Shown here: one piece after another, positions 34,101-45,424 of the stretch
Numbering within the stretch: position 1 is the first letter of the stretch
Layout: every line of letters begins with the position of its first letter
Assembly (NCBI RefSeq): GCF_963921235.1
Contig: NC_086097.1
Location: 160,520,001 to 160,584,000 of the forward strand
Reading direction: 5' to 3'
DNA length: 64,000 nt
Origin: Mobula hypostoma
Taxonomy: Eukaryota
Translations under genes and position numbers: made by a program
The notes under the pieces: generated by a model
Told to the model about the DNA's origin: nothing
Database searches by the model: none
Seen by the model: the letters and a program-made list of their open reading frames with translations, nothing else

Positions 34101-36418
34101 GTTGTGGTGGGGGGGGGGGGGGGGCGGTATTATCATGGTCCTGTCTGGCAATTCCCCATCTTGCTATTACCTCCTTAAATGGCCTTAAGCCCCTTGGCTG
34201 ATTACCAGTCATTCCCAGTTCCACTAATTACAGCACACCTGGTTCCCATTAGCAAACACAGGATAAAACTCGGTTCCCTGGTTGTGGTGGTGCTAATGCC
34301 TCATGACTCTTCCTTTGTCCTGAGGCTTGTCCTTGCAACAGCTACATCTGTAAGTATAATTCCCTCACTCCTGACTTGAGCCTTGCAATGGTGGACAGTC
34401 TTTGGGGAGTTAGAAGTTGAGTTGATCATCACAGGAGTCCTAGCCTCACACCTAGTCTTATAGCTAAATTGCACATATGGCTAGTCTAGTTTGATTCAGT
34501 CAACTAAAAATGTAAATACACAGTGAAATGAAGAAAAGTACAAAAAAAGGTGCTAAATTTATCTTCTTACTTAAGGTCAGCCCCTGATTCTATAGAATAG
34601 GGCAGTGATAAATGTCCCAGCTATAGCTGGGTTAAAGCTGAGGGACTAGATGCTACCAATATTCCAACATTTAGCTCAGTAATTATAAAATGGTTCCTAA
34701 CTCAATGATAGAGGAAGGTCTGAGCAGCAGATCAGATGCTGAGCCTGCAACCCCCTTTTGCATACAAAACAATTAGAGGTCAGATTTCCATGGAACAGAT
34801 TGCTAATTGTCAATGTGATCCAGCCCAGAGTAATTGGAACAGTGGAATTTAGGAGCTGCTCTCATTACCTGCATGAGCATAATTGAAGAGAATATTTCTT
34901 CCATTAGTTGTCACTTCTGGTCCATATCTCACTTCTGTATTTGCTCTTTCCCCTAACTCTAAAAGCACATAAACCAGTCATTAAATAAAATCTATAATTA
35001 CTGGCATGTACCTTCACCCATCGCTAAAGTCAATGGGTGAGAATTCTCCGTGCAGGTGCAACCTGTCGCAGATTTATCACTAGGGAACTCTCGAACTTTG
35101 AACTGCACTGCTAGATTCCAATAAGAATCAAATGTCCTAGAAGTGTTTTCTAATCTAATGCTGCCAGAATGTTCAACACTTCTGAGCTCATGCACGCCTT
35201 AAAATCTTGAATTTCTTAACCCATGCACGTATAGGGACACTAACAATTATAAATGGAACACTTGGTCCATCCCAGCAAAACCTTGGACCTTTGTCCTTTT
35301 ACAATACAAAATGCAATGTCTTTTTTTTGCTGCAGATTCCTGCATCTACAATCTCCTGTGTCATCCATTTACTGTAGTTGTGTTTAAGGCTATTAAGGTT
35401 GTTTTAGCTATTACTTGGACATTTTTGGCTGCCAAACACTGGAAATAGTAAGCAGAATCAGAGCCAATCAGATAAAAATAATAATTAAGAAATATGAGAT
35501 CAAAGGGTTAACTGTCTTTCTCAAAGAACTCAATGCACTGCTGCAATGCATTTTCTAGATTCTCTTCTGTACCCTACAGTGATATCAACAGAGAGGGTGA
35601 AATTCCCCAAAAATTTAACAATTTCTCAAAAATTTTCCTGAAATAATTAGTGTTCAATTCTGATAAAAGGACATTAGTGATTATGATTTTGCCAATAACA
35701 AGGATTTTACCAGAAATGTTTAATCAAATACATACTTGTGGTTTGTAACAAGTTAGTCTTTGTCAATTAGGCATTTGCACAATAACCTAAGTGGCAACAG
35801 TTCAGATAATGGTGGAATGTCATTTGAAAGCTCTGGGCCATAATATAATTGCTTAATACAAGAGCTTAATCATAGCTTGCTGAGATACAATTTATAACAG
35901 CAATTTTTAAAGCTTCACTTATCTTAACCTCTCATTAATATTTGACATACTGTACATAGTTTCCCAGTGGTTTTATTTAGAGACATATTATCTATGTCAT
36001 TTTCTCATTGTGCCAGAGTTTAAAATACCTTTCAGTCCAAACTTTTATTTTCAGTAAGGAAAGGGCCATCAGTACTAAGAGGACTTTTGGAATCTGTTGC
36101 TGGTATCAAGTAACCTCTTGGTAGGATGCCTTAAGCCATGAAATCGCTGAAATATGTGCTCTCTACCACATGCAGAGCTGAACAGAATCTGACTCTGGCT
36201 CACTAGTGACACTCACCACCTAGAAGAGCAAAGAAAGCAGCTGCATAGGAATATCTTTACTTACATATTCCACTCTAAAACAATATAGTGACTTTGAAAT
36301 ATGTTGTCCGTCTTTAAAGTCATTGCATTTGAATCCTAGGATGTTGGTGCACTTTCAACAAATGGTTTGCAATGGTTCAAGATGGTAACTTCTCAAGTTA
36401 AAGAGATGAGCAATTGAA

Positions 36419-36597
36419 AATTCAAAGGCAACGGTCAAGTTTATTGTCACATGTACAAGAGGAATTCAAAGGCAACGGTCAAGTTTATTGTCACATGTAC
36501 AAGAGGAATTCAAAGGCAACGGTCAAGTTTATTGTCACATGTACAAGAGGAATTCAAAGGCAACGGTCAAGTTTATTGTCACATGTACAAGAGGAAT
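36419..36597. repeat. Perfect 44-bp tandem repeat, 4 copies
   Basis: aattcaaaggcaacggtcaagtttattgtcacatgtacaagagg at 36419, 36463, 36507 and 36551. Confidence 0.98.
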
Positions 36598-37389
36598 GCA
36601 AAATTTATTTGCGGCAGTTTCACAGCCATATAGCCCCATTTAATCAGCACTCACAAGAATACATAAATTAAACAAATTACAAACAATTTAACAAGAAAAC
36701 ACAATTAGAACAAAGAAAACAAGTCTATTTCAGTGCACGATGGTCTGTCAGTGGTTCCCACTGACTAAGGTTTTTGGGTTACTGCTCTAGTGTCTGCCAG
36801 ACAATATCCCCGGAGCTCCCCTCATCCTTTCCAGCCATTCTCAGGCCTCCATTGGTTGCGGTTGACCATGAACGGTTCATCCTAGCTGTCTATGTATCTG
36901 CACTTCAAAACCAGTCATGTCAGAGTGACTGGCATTAAAGTGCCACTAAACCACCTTTGCCCCCTCTGCCATCAGTAGAAATGGCTTCAGTGGGCTTAGT
37001 AGCTAAGCCACACGTGAAGGCCTGGAGCTGGACTTGGTTGGCAGAGGCTATTTGAGACACGCATCATTGGGAGCATTTAATGGGCAGTGGGAACTCATCA
37101 TTACTATCAGCAACTTCACCTGGTCCCTGCGCACGCGCACACAGACACACCAGCTAAGGCAACCTTAAGGAACATCCAGTTAATATATTTTAAAAAATCT
37201 TTTAATTTGAGTTCTGATGCACAGTGAAAGAAAATAAGAACTGCAAATTTGTGAAAAATAATTACAAAAATATTCAATCTATTTAAAGCCACAAATAAAA
37301 TGATTTATTTAATTACAGTAATAACAATTTTCATCAATAATTTTAGAGTGTAAATTAGGACAACTATTTCACCTTGCTTTTTCACCCTC

Positions 37390-39556
37390 CAATGCTATGG
37401 TTGGGTTTGATGCAGTGATATCAGCTTCTCAGCATCAGGCTGAACATCACTCAGAAGGAGTCTCCGATCACCTTATTCTGTTTTGTTGCTTTGAAAGTAG
37501 TTGGACGACTGCACTGAAACCATTCTCTACTAAAAATGATGTTGGAAAGACTATAAAGAACATCTTGACATTCCTCCACAGTGCAGGATAGCATTCAGAT
37601 ATTTTTTTTCTGCAACCAAAATTCTTAACATGAATTTTTGAAACTCGGCTTCAGCTCAGTCATTTTGTAGCGAGGTCATCTTTTCCTCCATCCTTCCAGT
37701 TCATTCTTCATTACAAGTGTTTAGGAATTGACTTAATACCCAATTTGAATTGAGAGAAGATCCTGAAATCTCTCCGATTTGTCTTTCTGCAGCTCACCCA
37801 GGCAGACACAATATACCTGAAATCATCATCTGGTATTCTTTCTTCGCCTTCCACCTCAGAGCAGCTCAGAGACTGGAAAAGGTCACGACGGGCAATGTTG
37901 CACATAAATAGGGTTAACTTGGACAGAAATATGGAGACAACGGATTTGACTTTGAGAAGATTCACATTGTTTCTTTACAATTGAAGATTGATTTCATTAA
38001 ATTTTGTGAATAATGCTGACAAATAAGCAATCCCATGCGAGTTGATTGCTGAATGAAGTATTTGAATATTGAGAGAATTTTATCACAGTTTCAATAGGCC
38101 CATAAAAGCATATCAGGCAGTTTCCTCTTGAGAGCCATTTGATAGCAAGTGTTCAAACTAAACATCATTCTCAATACAAAGCTCTCAAAATAGTCAAGAA
38201 TTGAAAGCATGGACTTGCTTTTATTTACCGCTGTGATAACAGCATTTAATGATTTGTGCAGCTGAACCCTTGGGATATTTTGGGAAAAGATGCTGTCTGT
38301 GATTTACGCTGTGAATGATAAATACATTACGTATAGATTTTTCAAGAAAGTAATAATGCCATGATGATGTCCTGTCATTGATGGTGCCTCATCTGTTGAT
38401 TAAGCAAGAATGATGGTGAGCGGAATGTCGTTCTCTTTGAAAAATTGCTCAAAAACCCAAAATATTGATTCCCCCTTCGTATCTGTTTCTAGTCCCCTTG
38501 CAATTAACAACTCTTGAACCATGCTTTTATGTTTTGTGAAGCGTACATAACCAAGAAGCAATGATATGTTGTCTGGAAAAGTTGACTCGTCCAACTGCAG
38601 AGCAAATTCTGTTGTCCAAAGTATGTTGCACAATGTGTCTTCAACATTCTCAGACATGTCATTTATTTATCTTTTAACAGAGTTGTCGCCGAATGAAATC
38701 ACATTAATTAATTATTAGGTCTGGTGAGTTATGCAAAACTGCACACAGAACCTCCCTTACTACTGGCAGAGTCCGTTCTTCTTGAATTGTATGGGGCTTT
38801 CCAGATTCAGCAATGAGTAATGAAATGTTGTATGAAGCACACAAACCATCACTGTTTCATTATGAAGTGGTGGCAAACATGTTTTAAAGTGTTTTGTAAG
38901 TTTTCAAAGTGACTGAAAATAAACCAAGTTCTTGTCTGCTTTGTTAGAGCATTTTTTGGGGTAACACATATCACAAATTACATCAGCAACTGACTTCAGC
39001 CACCAGTCTGCAGATTCAAATATGAACTGTGGATTAAATCTAAAATGCAGCTCTGAACAATGGGTTCTTAAGAATTGTGAATCACAGTTAATTGGAAAAC
39101 CAGACAATACTGATTTAAATTCATTATTTGGGTGTCATTTGGGTGCAAAGAAGGAGGTGTGAAGTTTGTGTATAGTTCAAAGGAAGCATTGTAATTATGG
39201 AATTGTCATGAATTGTTTTTGATTTTTAGCATATAAAATGTTGTGTAGTGTTGGGTCAAGCAGACTTCTTAATCCGAAAGGGGTATCAGTTATGCTTGCT
39301 GTGTCTTATTTTGTTGAAAAGAGACACTTCATATCCACCAGTACTTCTCTCCAGTGACTTTGTTTACATTACAACAGCTTTATCAGAGTGTATTCTCTTC
39401 AAATTTTCAAGACGGTCTCATTGTCTCATTTGAAAAAATTTTTCACACAACAGACATATTGGCTGTTGTTGGTTGCTTGGTGCTGGTATAAATCCATATT
39501 TCAGATACACCACATTATAATATCTACTTCTTTTTCAATTGGTCTGCATCTGCCAT
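37390..39556 (-). pseudogene. hAT (Buster; ZBED8/SCAND3/FAM200-like) transposase pseudogene
   Basis: YLKYGFIP..QPICLLCEKIFSNETMRPS (BED finger), FALQLDEST, TDEAPSMTG, FPTSFLVENGFSAV; many stops and frameshifts. Confidence 0.92.
38942..39376 (+). mobile_element. Solo LTR inside the hAT transposase
   Basis: TGTT...AACA ends with a perfect 4-bp TSD GCTT; excision restores KRIHSDKADKNLVYFQSL. Confidence 0.9.
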
Positions 39557-40847
39557 TTTCATTACAGAATAACGGCCATAGTTAATCGCCTATTGTTTAA
39601 GTCCAACCTCAAGCACTGATCAATAAAAGCGAAAGTTATGTCATCATAGTGCAGGCAAACCCTAACTCTCTGCCTGAAGGTACATAAAGTGAGCCAACAA
39701 AAATCTTGGTTAGGCCATGAGCTGCTAGAGAAATGTGATCAAGACCATTCATGAAGGTAGTTTATGAACTTTACTCCACTGAACGCCATACCCAAATTCA
39801 CAGGAATTGCGTCACTCCATGATTAGAGTATGGGAATCATACCAGCTAACACTGCAAAGGGCAATAATGCATGGGCTGGGGAAGGAAATAACATGACTTC
39901 TTCAGTCCTGATTTATCATGATTTGCCAAATACAGAAGTGTCACATTGTTCTTCAACAACTATAATGCATTTCGAGCAAAGTCTAAGAAAATGGTGGGTT
40001 AGCAAGAGATGAGGTGATTGCGTGATCATTGTAATCAATTATGAGTCATTGAGAATCAAATGTTTATAATGCAAAACTAATTTCTTAAATTAAACCTGTA
40101 ATCCATCAACTGCCCCTCTGGCTACTGAGTGACCCCCACCACTCTCTTGATCTTTATCACCCCCTTAGAAACTCCCACAGGTGCAATATTGCCAACTTTA
40201 GGAACCACTTCTCTGAGTGGTCATAGTGTTACCAAACTGTAGTGATTAGGTCTTTGCTGATTGGTTCAAGAACTAAATAGTTGAAGGGAAGTAGCTGTGC
40301 TTGAATCTGGTGGTATGTGACTTGAGGTTTCTGCACCTCCTGCTCTATGGTAGCTGCAAAATTCTGGCATGCTACTTGGAGCTCTTTGATGAAGGTATTA
40401 CCTCCTTGAGGCAATACCTTTTGTAGATACTACCAATGATGAAGAGGGAAATGTATGTGATGTACTGGACAGAATCGACTACTCTCTGCAGCTTCTTGTA
40501 TTCCTGTGTATTCAAATTACCACACCAGATTATGATGTAACCATCATGATACTTTCAACTGTACATCTGTAGTAGTTTGTAAGAGTGTTCAGTGACAATC
40601 TGAACCTCCTTAAACTACTAAGAAAGTAAAGACACTGGTGTGTTTTTTCTTAATTCCATCTATGTACTGGGTCTAGGCCAGATCAACTGAAATGTTAATC
40701 CCAGGAAATTAAAGCTGCTGGCTCGATCCACCGCTGATCCCCCAGTGTAAACTAGTGCATGCTAACCCTCTTACCCCACCTGAAGTCAATAATCAGGTCT
40801 TTAATTTTGCTGATGTTGAGTGAGAGATTGTTTTTATGGCACAATTC

Positions 40848-42085
40848 TGTCATGGTCCGGTCCGTGAAGTCCGCATTCCGGTTCATGGTCTGGTCCGTGG
40901 ACTCAGGTCTCCGGGTCTTCCAGCTGTCCCTTGTTTGAGTTAATCATAGGCACCTGATTCCCATCTTGCGGCTTGGAATATAAGTAGCCTTGGGGTTGAG
41001 TGTGAGCTGCTGGAAGATCTCTTGGGAGCAATCTGCTGGTGGAAGGCTAGAGTGTCCTATTGCTATCTTTAGGCTGTGTTGGGGAACCATACCATACCCT
41101 CATGGAGCCTTGCTATCAGTAGTTGGAGCTATCTTTGTGGTATGGATTTGGCTGTTTCCCAGGCCAGCTGAGTGGCTGCCAGCTACTCTGAGCTAGGTAG
41201 GGATCTGGCTGTTTCTGTAGCCAGCTGAGGTTGCTGGCCAAACTAAGACTCAGAGCTACCCTGGAGCAGAGATGGAACTGTCTGTTGTTCTTTGGTGTTG
41301 TCTCTTCTTGCCCTCGCCTCTGTGGGGTAAGTCAGGCCATTCTGCTGTTGTCCTGTGGGGGGGGGGGGTCTTGTCTTGTCCTCACCTCTGTGGGGTAATT
41401 CAGGCTGTTCTGCTGTTGCCCTGTGGGGGGGGGGAGGGGATCTTGTCTTGTCCTTGCCTCTGGGGTAAGTCAGGCTGTTTTGCCATTGCCCTGTGGGGTA
41501 TCTGTCTTGTCCTTGCCTCTGTTGGGTAATTCCAGCCATTCTGCCATTATGCGATGGATGGTCCTGTCCCGCCTTGGTGTGGAGAAGTTGAATCCCGGCT
41601 CTGTCTATGTACTATCCTATTTCATGTTGGTGTCGTGTTAAAGATGAGTCCCGGCTTTTCAAAGGATAAGTCCTGGCTCTATGTTAATGTACAGTTCCCA
41701 GTCTGTCTCTGAGTTCCAGCCTCCGAGTTATCAGCCAGCAGCCAAGCTTGAGATCCCAGGCCCCAGCCGGCAGCCAAGCTCAGGCCTCTAGACCCCAGCC
41801 ACATCCTGTCCTGAAGCCATGACATGTCCTTGCCTGGTTCTGGGGTCCAAGCCCGAGGCAAGTCCCAGGTTCTCGGTCCTTGTCCAGTCTCGGGTTTGGA
41901 GTCGAAGCCTTACCTCCTGGTCCATGGTTTCTAGTCCTGGTCAGACTTTCCCTAGCCCAAGTCTTCGTTCTTGTCCGGCTCCTGGTCCGTATCCTGTCAC
42001 GTCCCTACTCTAGTCAAGTCCTGTTCCTTGTACTTCAGCGTCTGCGTCTTGCATTTGGGTCTGTTCCCAACGCCCCATTGTGACA
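40848..42085 (+). mobile_element. Solo LTR (1238 bp) with an internal ~65-bp array, 4 copies
   Basis: TGTCA...TGACA, perfect 5-bp TSD AATTC, TATA (aatataag) ~40977, array ~41300-41550. Confidence 0.92.
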
Positions 42086-42504
42086 AATTCAGCAGGTGAC
42101 CTAACTCACTCTGGCACATCATGACCTTATCTGGCAGCAATATCAAAATCCGATAAGTCAATAGGAAATTCAGTTAGTTTTCCATCACACTAGCATCTTA
42201 TTCGGCCAATTTATACTCATCCCAGCCAAACCTGAAATCACTTATCGCTGCCAAGTCTCAAAGAAAGAAGCAGGTGAATTATGGCTGGGATTGTACTAGA
42301 CCCAAAAATGATTGTGAACAACTCCCATAATCAATCTAAGATCTTTCCCATCATATATCAACTTCAATAGTCAGCAAGAGAAGGTATAACAGTACCATGA
42401 CAGAAGATGTATGCAGATCAGTGTGGGACTGCCATCAGTTGATGCTCAGAAGTTTGTCTACATAAGAAGATAAAAATTAATTGAATCCCTCACATAGCCA
42501 AGAA

Positions 42505-42735
42505 GAACAATGGCTCAACTAATAGAATCACTGCTTCACAGCTTTGTGAATCCAGGCTCATTCCTGCCCTCTGGTATTTGTGTGGAACTTTCATTCTTCC
42601 AGTGACTACATGGGGTTGTTCCAATTGCTCTGGCTTCCTTCCACATCTAAAGATAGGCAGGTTGGTAGGTTAACAGGCCTCTGTTAAATTGTACCAGGTG
42701 TATGAGTGAATGGTAGAGTCTTGGGTGAGCTGTTG
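42505..42735 (+). mobile_element. HE1/V-SINE-like SINE
   Basis: cactgcttcacagc...tgtgtggaac...tgctctggcttccttccacatctaaaga...taggttaac. Confidence 0.7.
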
Positions 42736-42744
42736 GGAATATTA

Positions 42745-45400
42745 GTATTTACGAAGGAAATGGATACGGAGGACCAGGCGATCAGACCTGAGTGTATAAA
42801 TATGTTAGGTCATTTAAAAGTCAAGGAGGAAGAAGTGCTGGGCCTCCTAGTGTGTATTAAGGTGGATAAGTCCCCAGGACCTGATGGGATTTACCCCAGG
42901 GTATTGAAGGAGGTAAGAGACGAGATTGCTGGGCCTATGACCAGTATCTTCGTGTCCTCTCTAGCCATAGGCGAGGTCTCAGAGGACTGACGAGTGGATA
43001 ATGTACCTCTAAGAATGGAACAAGGGAAAATCCTGGGAACTATAGACTGCGAGTCTCATATCTGTTGTAGGGAAATTGCTGGAGAAAATTATTAGGGATA
43101 GGATATATGAGCACTTGGAAAACTAGAGCCTAATTAGGGAAAACAAGCATGGCTTGCTGCATGGCAGGTTGTGCCATATCAACTTGATCCAGTTTTTTGA
43201 CAAGGTGATGAGAGAGAGATTGATGAGAGTAGGGCAGTGGATGTTTTCTACATGGATTTTAGTAAGACATTTCACAAAATCCCTCATCGGAGGCTAATTC
43301 AGAAGCTTAAGATGCATGGGGCAAATTGGCTGCTTGGATTCAGAACTGGCTTCCACATAGAAGACAGTAGTGGTTGAAGGGATTTGTCCAAGCTGGAGGT
43401 CTGTAATTAGTGGAGTTCCACAGTTCTTGGACCTCTGCAGTTAATGATGCATATAAATGACCAGGATGAAAGTGTAGATGGGTGAGTTGATAAATTTATG
43501 GATGATACCAAGATTGGTGGAGTTGTGGAAAGTGTAGAAGACTGGGAAAGAATACAGCATGATGCAGCTCAGTTGCAGATATGGGCTAAGAAATGGGAGA
43601 TGGAGTTTAACCCAGATAAATGTGAGATGTTGCACCTCAGTAGGGCAAATGCAAGGGCAAGATCTTTAATAGTGTTGGTGAGCAGAGAGATCTTCGGATC
43701 CAAGTTGCCACACAAAATGCTGGAGGAACTCAGCAGGCCAGGGAGTATCTATGGAAAAGAGTACAGTCAACAGTTCAGGCTGAGGTCCTTCATCAGGACT
43801 GGAGAAAAAGAGATAAGGAGTCAGAGTTAGGAGATGGGGGGTGGGGAGGGAGAAACACAGTTGATAGGCGAAACCGGGAGGGGTGAGGGGGGGAGGGATG
43901 AAGTAAAGGGCTCAGAAGTTCGTTGAGAGAAATACAGGGCTGCAGAAGGGGGAATCTAATAGGAGAGGACAGAAGGCCATGGAAGAAAGAAAAGGTGAAG
44001 GAGCACCAGAGGGAGGCAATGGGCAGGCAAGGAGTTAAGGTGGGATAGGGAAAGGGGGATAGGGAATGGTAATGGTGAAGGTGGGTGGGGGGCATTACTG
44101 GAAGTTCGAGAAATCGATGTTCATGCCATCAGGTTGGAGGCTTCCCAGATGGAATGTAAGGTGTTGCTCCTCCAACCTGAGTGTGGCCTCATCGTGACAG
44201 CAGAGGAGGCCATGGAGTGACATGTGGGAGTGGGAATGTGAAGTGGAATTCAAATGGATGGCCACTCGGAGATCCCACTTTTTAAACGGACAGAGCGTAG
44301 ATGCTCGGTGTAGCATACTCCTATGCTACATCAATGACTGCATTGGTGCTGCTTCCTGCACACATGCAAAGCTTGTTGACTTCATCAACTTTGCCTCCAA
44401 CTTCCACCCTGCCCTAAAATTTGCCTGGTCCATTTTTGACACCTCCCTCCCCTTTCTCAATCTCTCTGTCTCTATCTCTGAAGATAACTTATCTATTGAT
44501 GTCTATTATATACCCACTGACACTCACAGCTACCTGGACTATACCTCTTTCCACCCTATTACTGGTAAAAATGCCATCCCCTTCTCTTAATTCCTCCGTC
44601 TCTGCTGCATCTGCTCTCAGGATGAGGCTTTTCATTCCAGAATTAAGGAGATATCCTCCTCCTTCAAAGGAAAGGGCTTCCCTTCCTTCACCATCAATGC
44701 TACCCGCAACCTCATCTTTTCCATTTTGCGCTTGTCTGCCCTCACCTCATCCTCCCACCACCCCACCAGTGATAGGGTTCTTCTCGTCCTCAGCTACCAC
44801 CCTACCAGACTCCACATCCAACACATAATCCTCTGTAACTTCTGCCACATCCAATCCAAGTACATCTTTCTTTCCCTCTCTTTCCCCCCCCCAACTTTCT
44901 GCTTTGCACAGGGGTCACTCCCTACGTGAATCCCTTATCCATTCATCCCTCCTCACTGATCTCCCTCCTGGCACCTAACCTTGCAAGTGGAACAAGTGCT
45001 ACACCTGCCCCTACACTTTTGCCCTCACTACCATTCACAGCTCTAAACAGTCCTTCCAGATGAGGTGACACTTCAACTCTGAGTCTGTTGGGGTCATCTT
45101 TTGTATCCGATGCTCCATCCTGTGCATCGGTGAAAGTCGACATAGTTTGGGAGACCGTTGCACTGAGCACCTACAATTCGTCCACCAAAAAAAAGCAGGT
45201 TCAAGGGGGGATACCTGGAATACGCTGCCTGGTATGGCAGTAAAGGTAAATACATGAGAGGGTTTTAAGAGACTTTGGATAGGCATATGGATGTAAGGAA
45301 GATGAGGGGCATGAACAGGTGTAGGGAGGAGGGATTCATGTTTTGGTGTTTTTGATTTACTTTTTGGCTGGTTTGGCATAATGTAAGTTATATGTTCTAA
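42745..45400 (+). mobile_element. CR1 LINE (RT 42745-43705, 3' end 45203-45400) interrupted by a Penelope element
   Basis: KSPGPDGIYPRVLKEV; KFMDDTKIGG; MEFNPDKCEMLH. Confidence 0.88.
43709..45200. mobile_element. Penelope-like element with internal inversion (3' part on -, RT/GIY-YIG part on +)
   Basis: + strand: YINDCIG...FHPALKF...LPFLNLSV...YLDYTSFHP, GIY-YIG-like VGVIFCIRCS...IGES..LGDRCTEHL. - strand: LEEQHLTFHLGSLQPDGMNIDFSNF* and a decayed HHR at 43764-43801. Confidence 0.9.
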
Positions 45401-45424
45401 TTATTATTAGACAGAATCATAGCT

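Larger units (their letters stand above)
29512..34340 (+). mobile_element. Near full-length Tf1/sushi-type chromoviral Gypsy retrotransposon, inactivated
   Basis: LTRs 29512-29890 and 34131-34340; near-TSD gctat/gctac; G-rich PPT; domain order gag-PR-RT-RH-IN-chromo. Confidence 0.96.
36749..40210 (-). mobile_element. Buster/Charlie-type hAT DNA transposon, decayed autonomous copy
   Basis: TIR-like cagtggttccc / ggaaccact; encloses the transposase pseudogene; TSD not resolved. Confidence 0.8.
36419..42150 (-). mobile_element. Rex1-clade LINE 3' part, split by a hAT element (36749-40210) and a solo LTR (40848-42085)
   Basis: Tail tcaagtttattgtc at the left end; resumes gtggtcatagtgtt...ttgaagggaagtagctg at ~40217; collinear with 9915-10825. 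Confidence 0.8.

Noticed and set aside
37390..39556. Host ZBED8/SCAND3/FAM200 gene
   Set aside because: Disrupted frame, an LTR insertion and surrounding TIRs.
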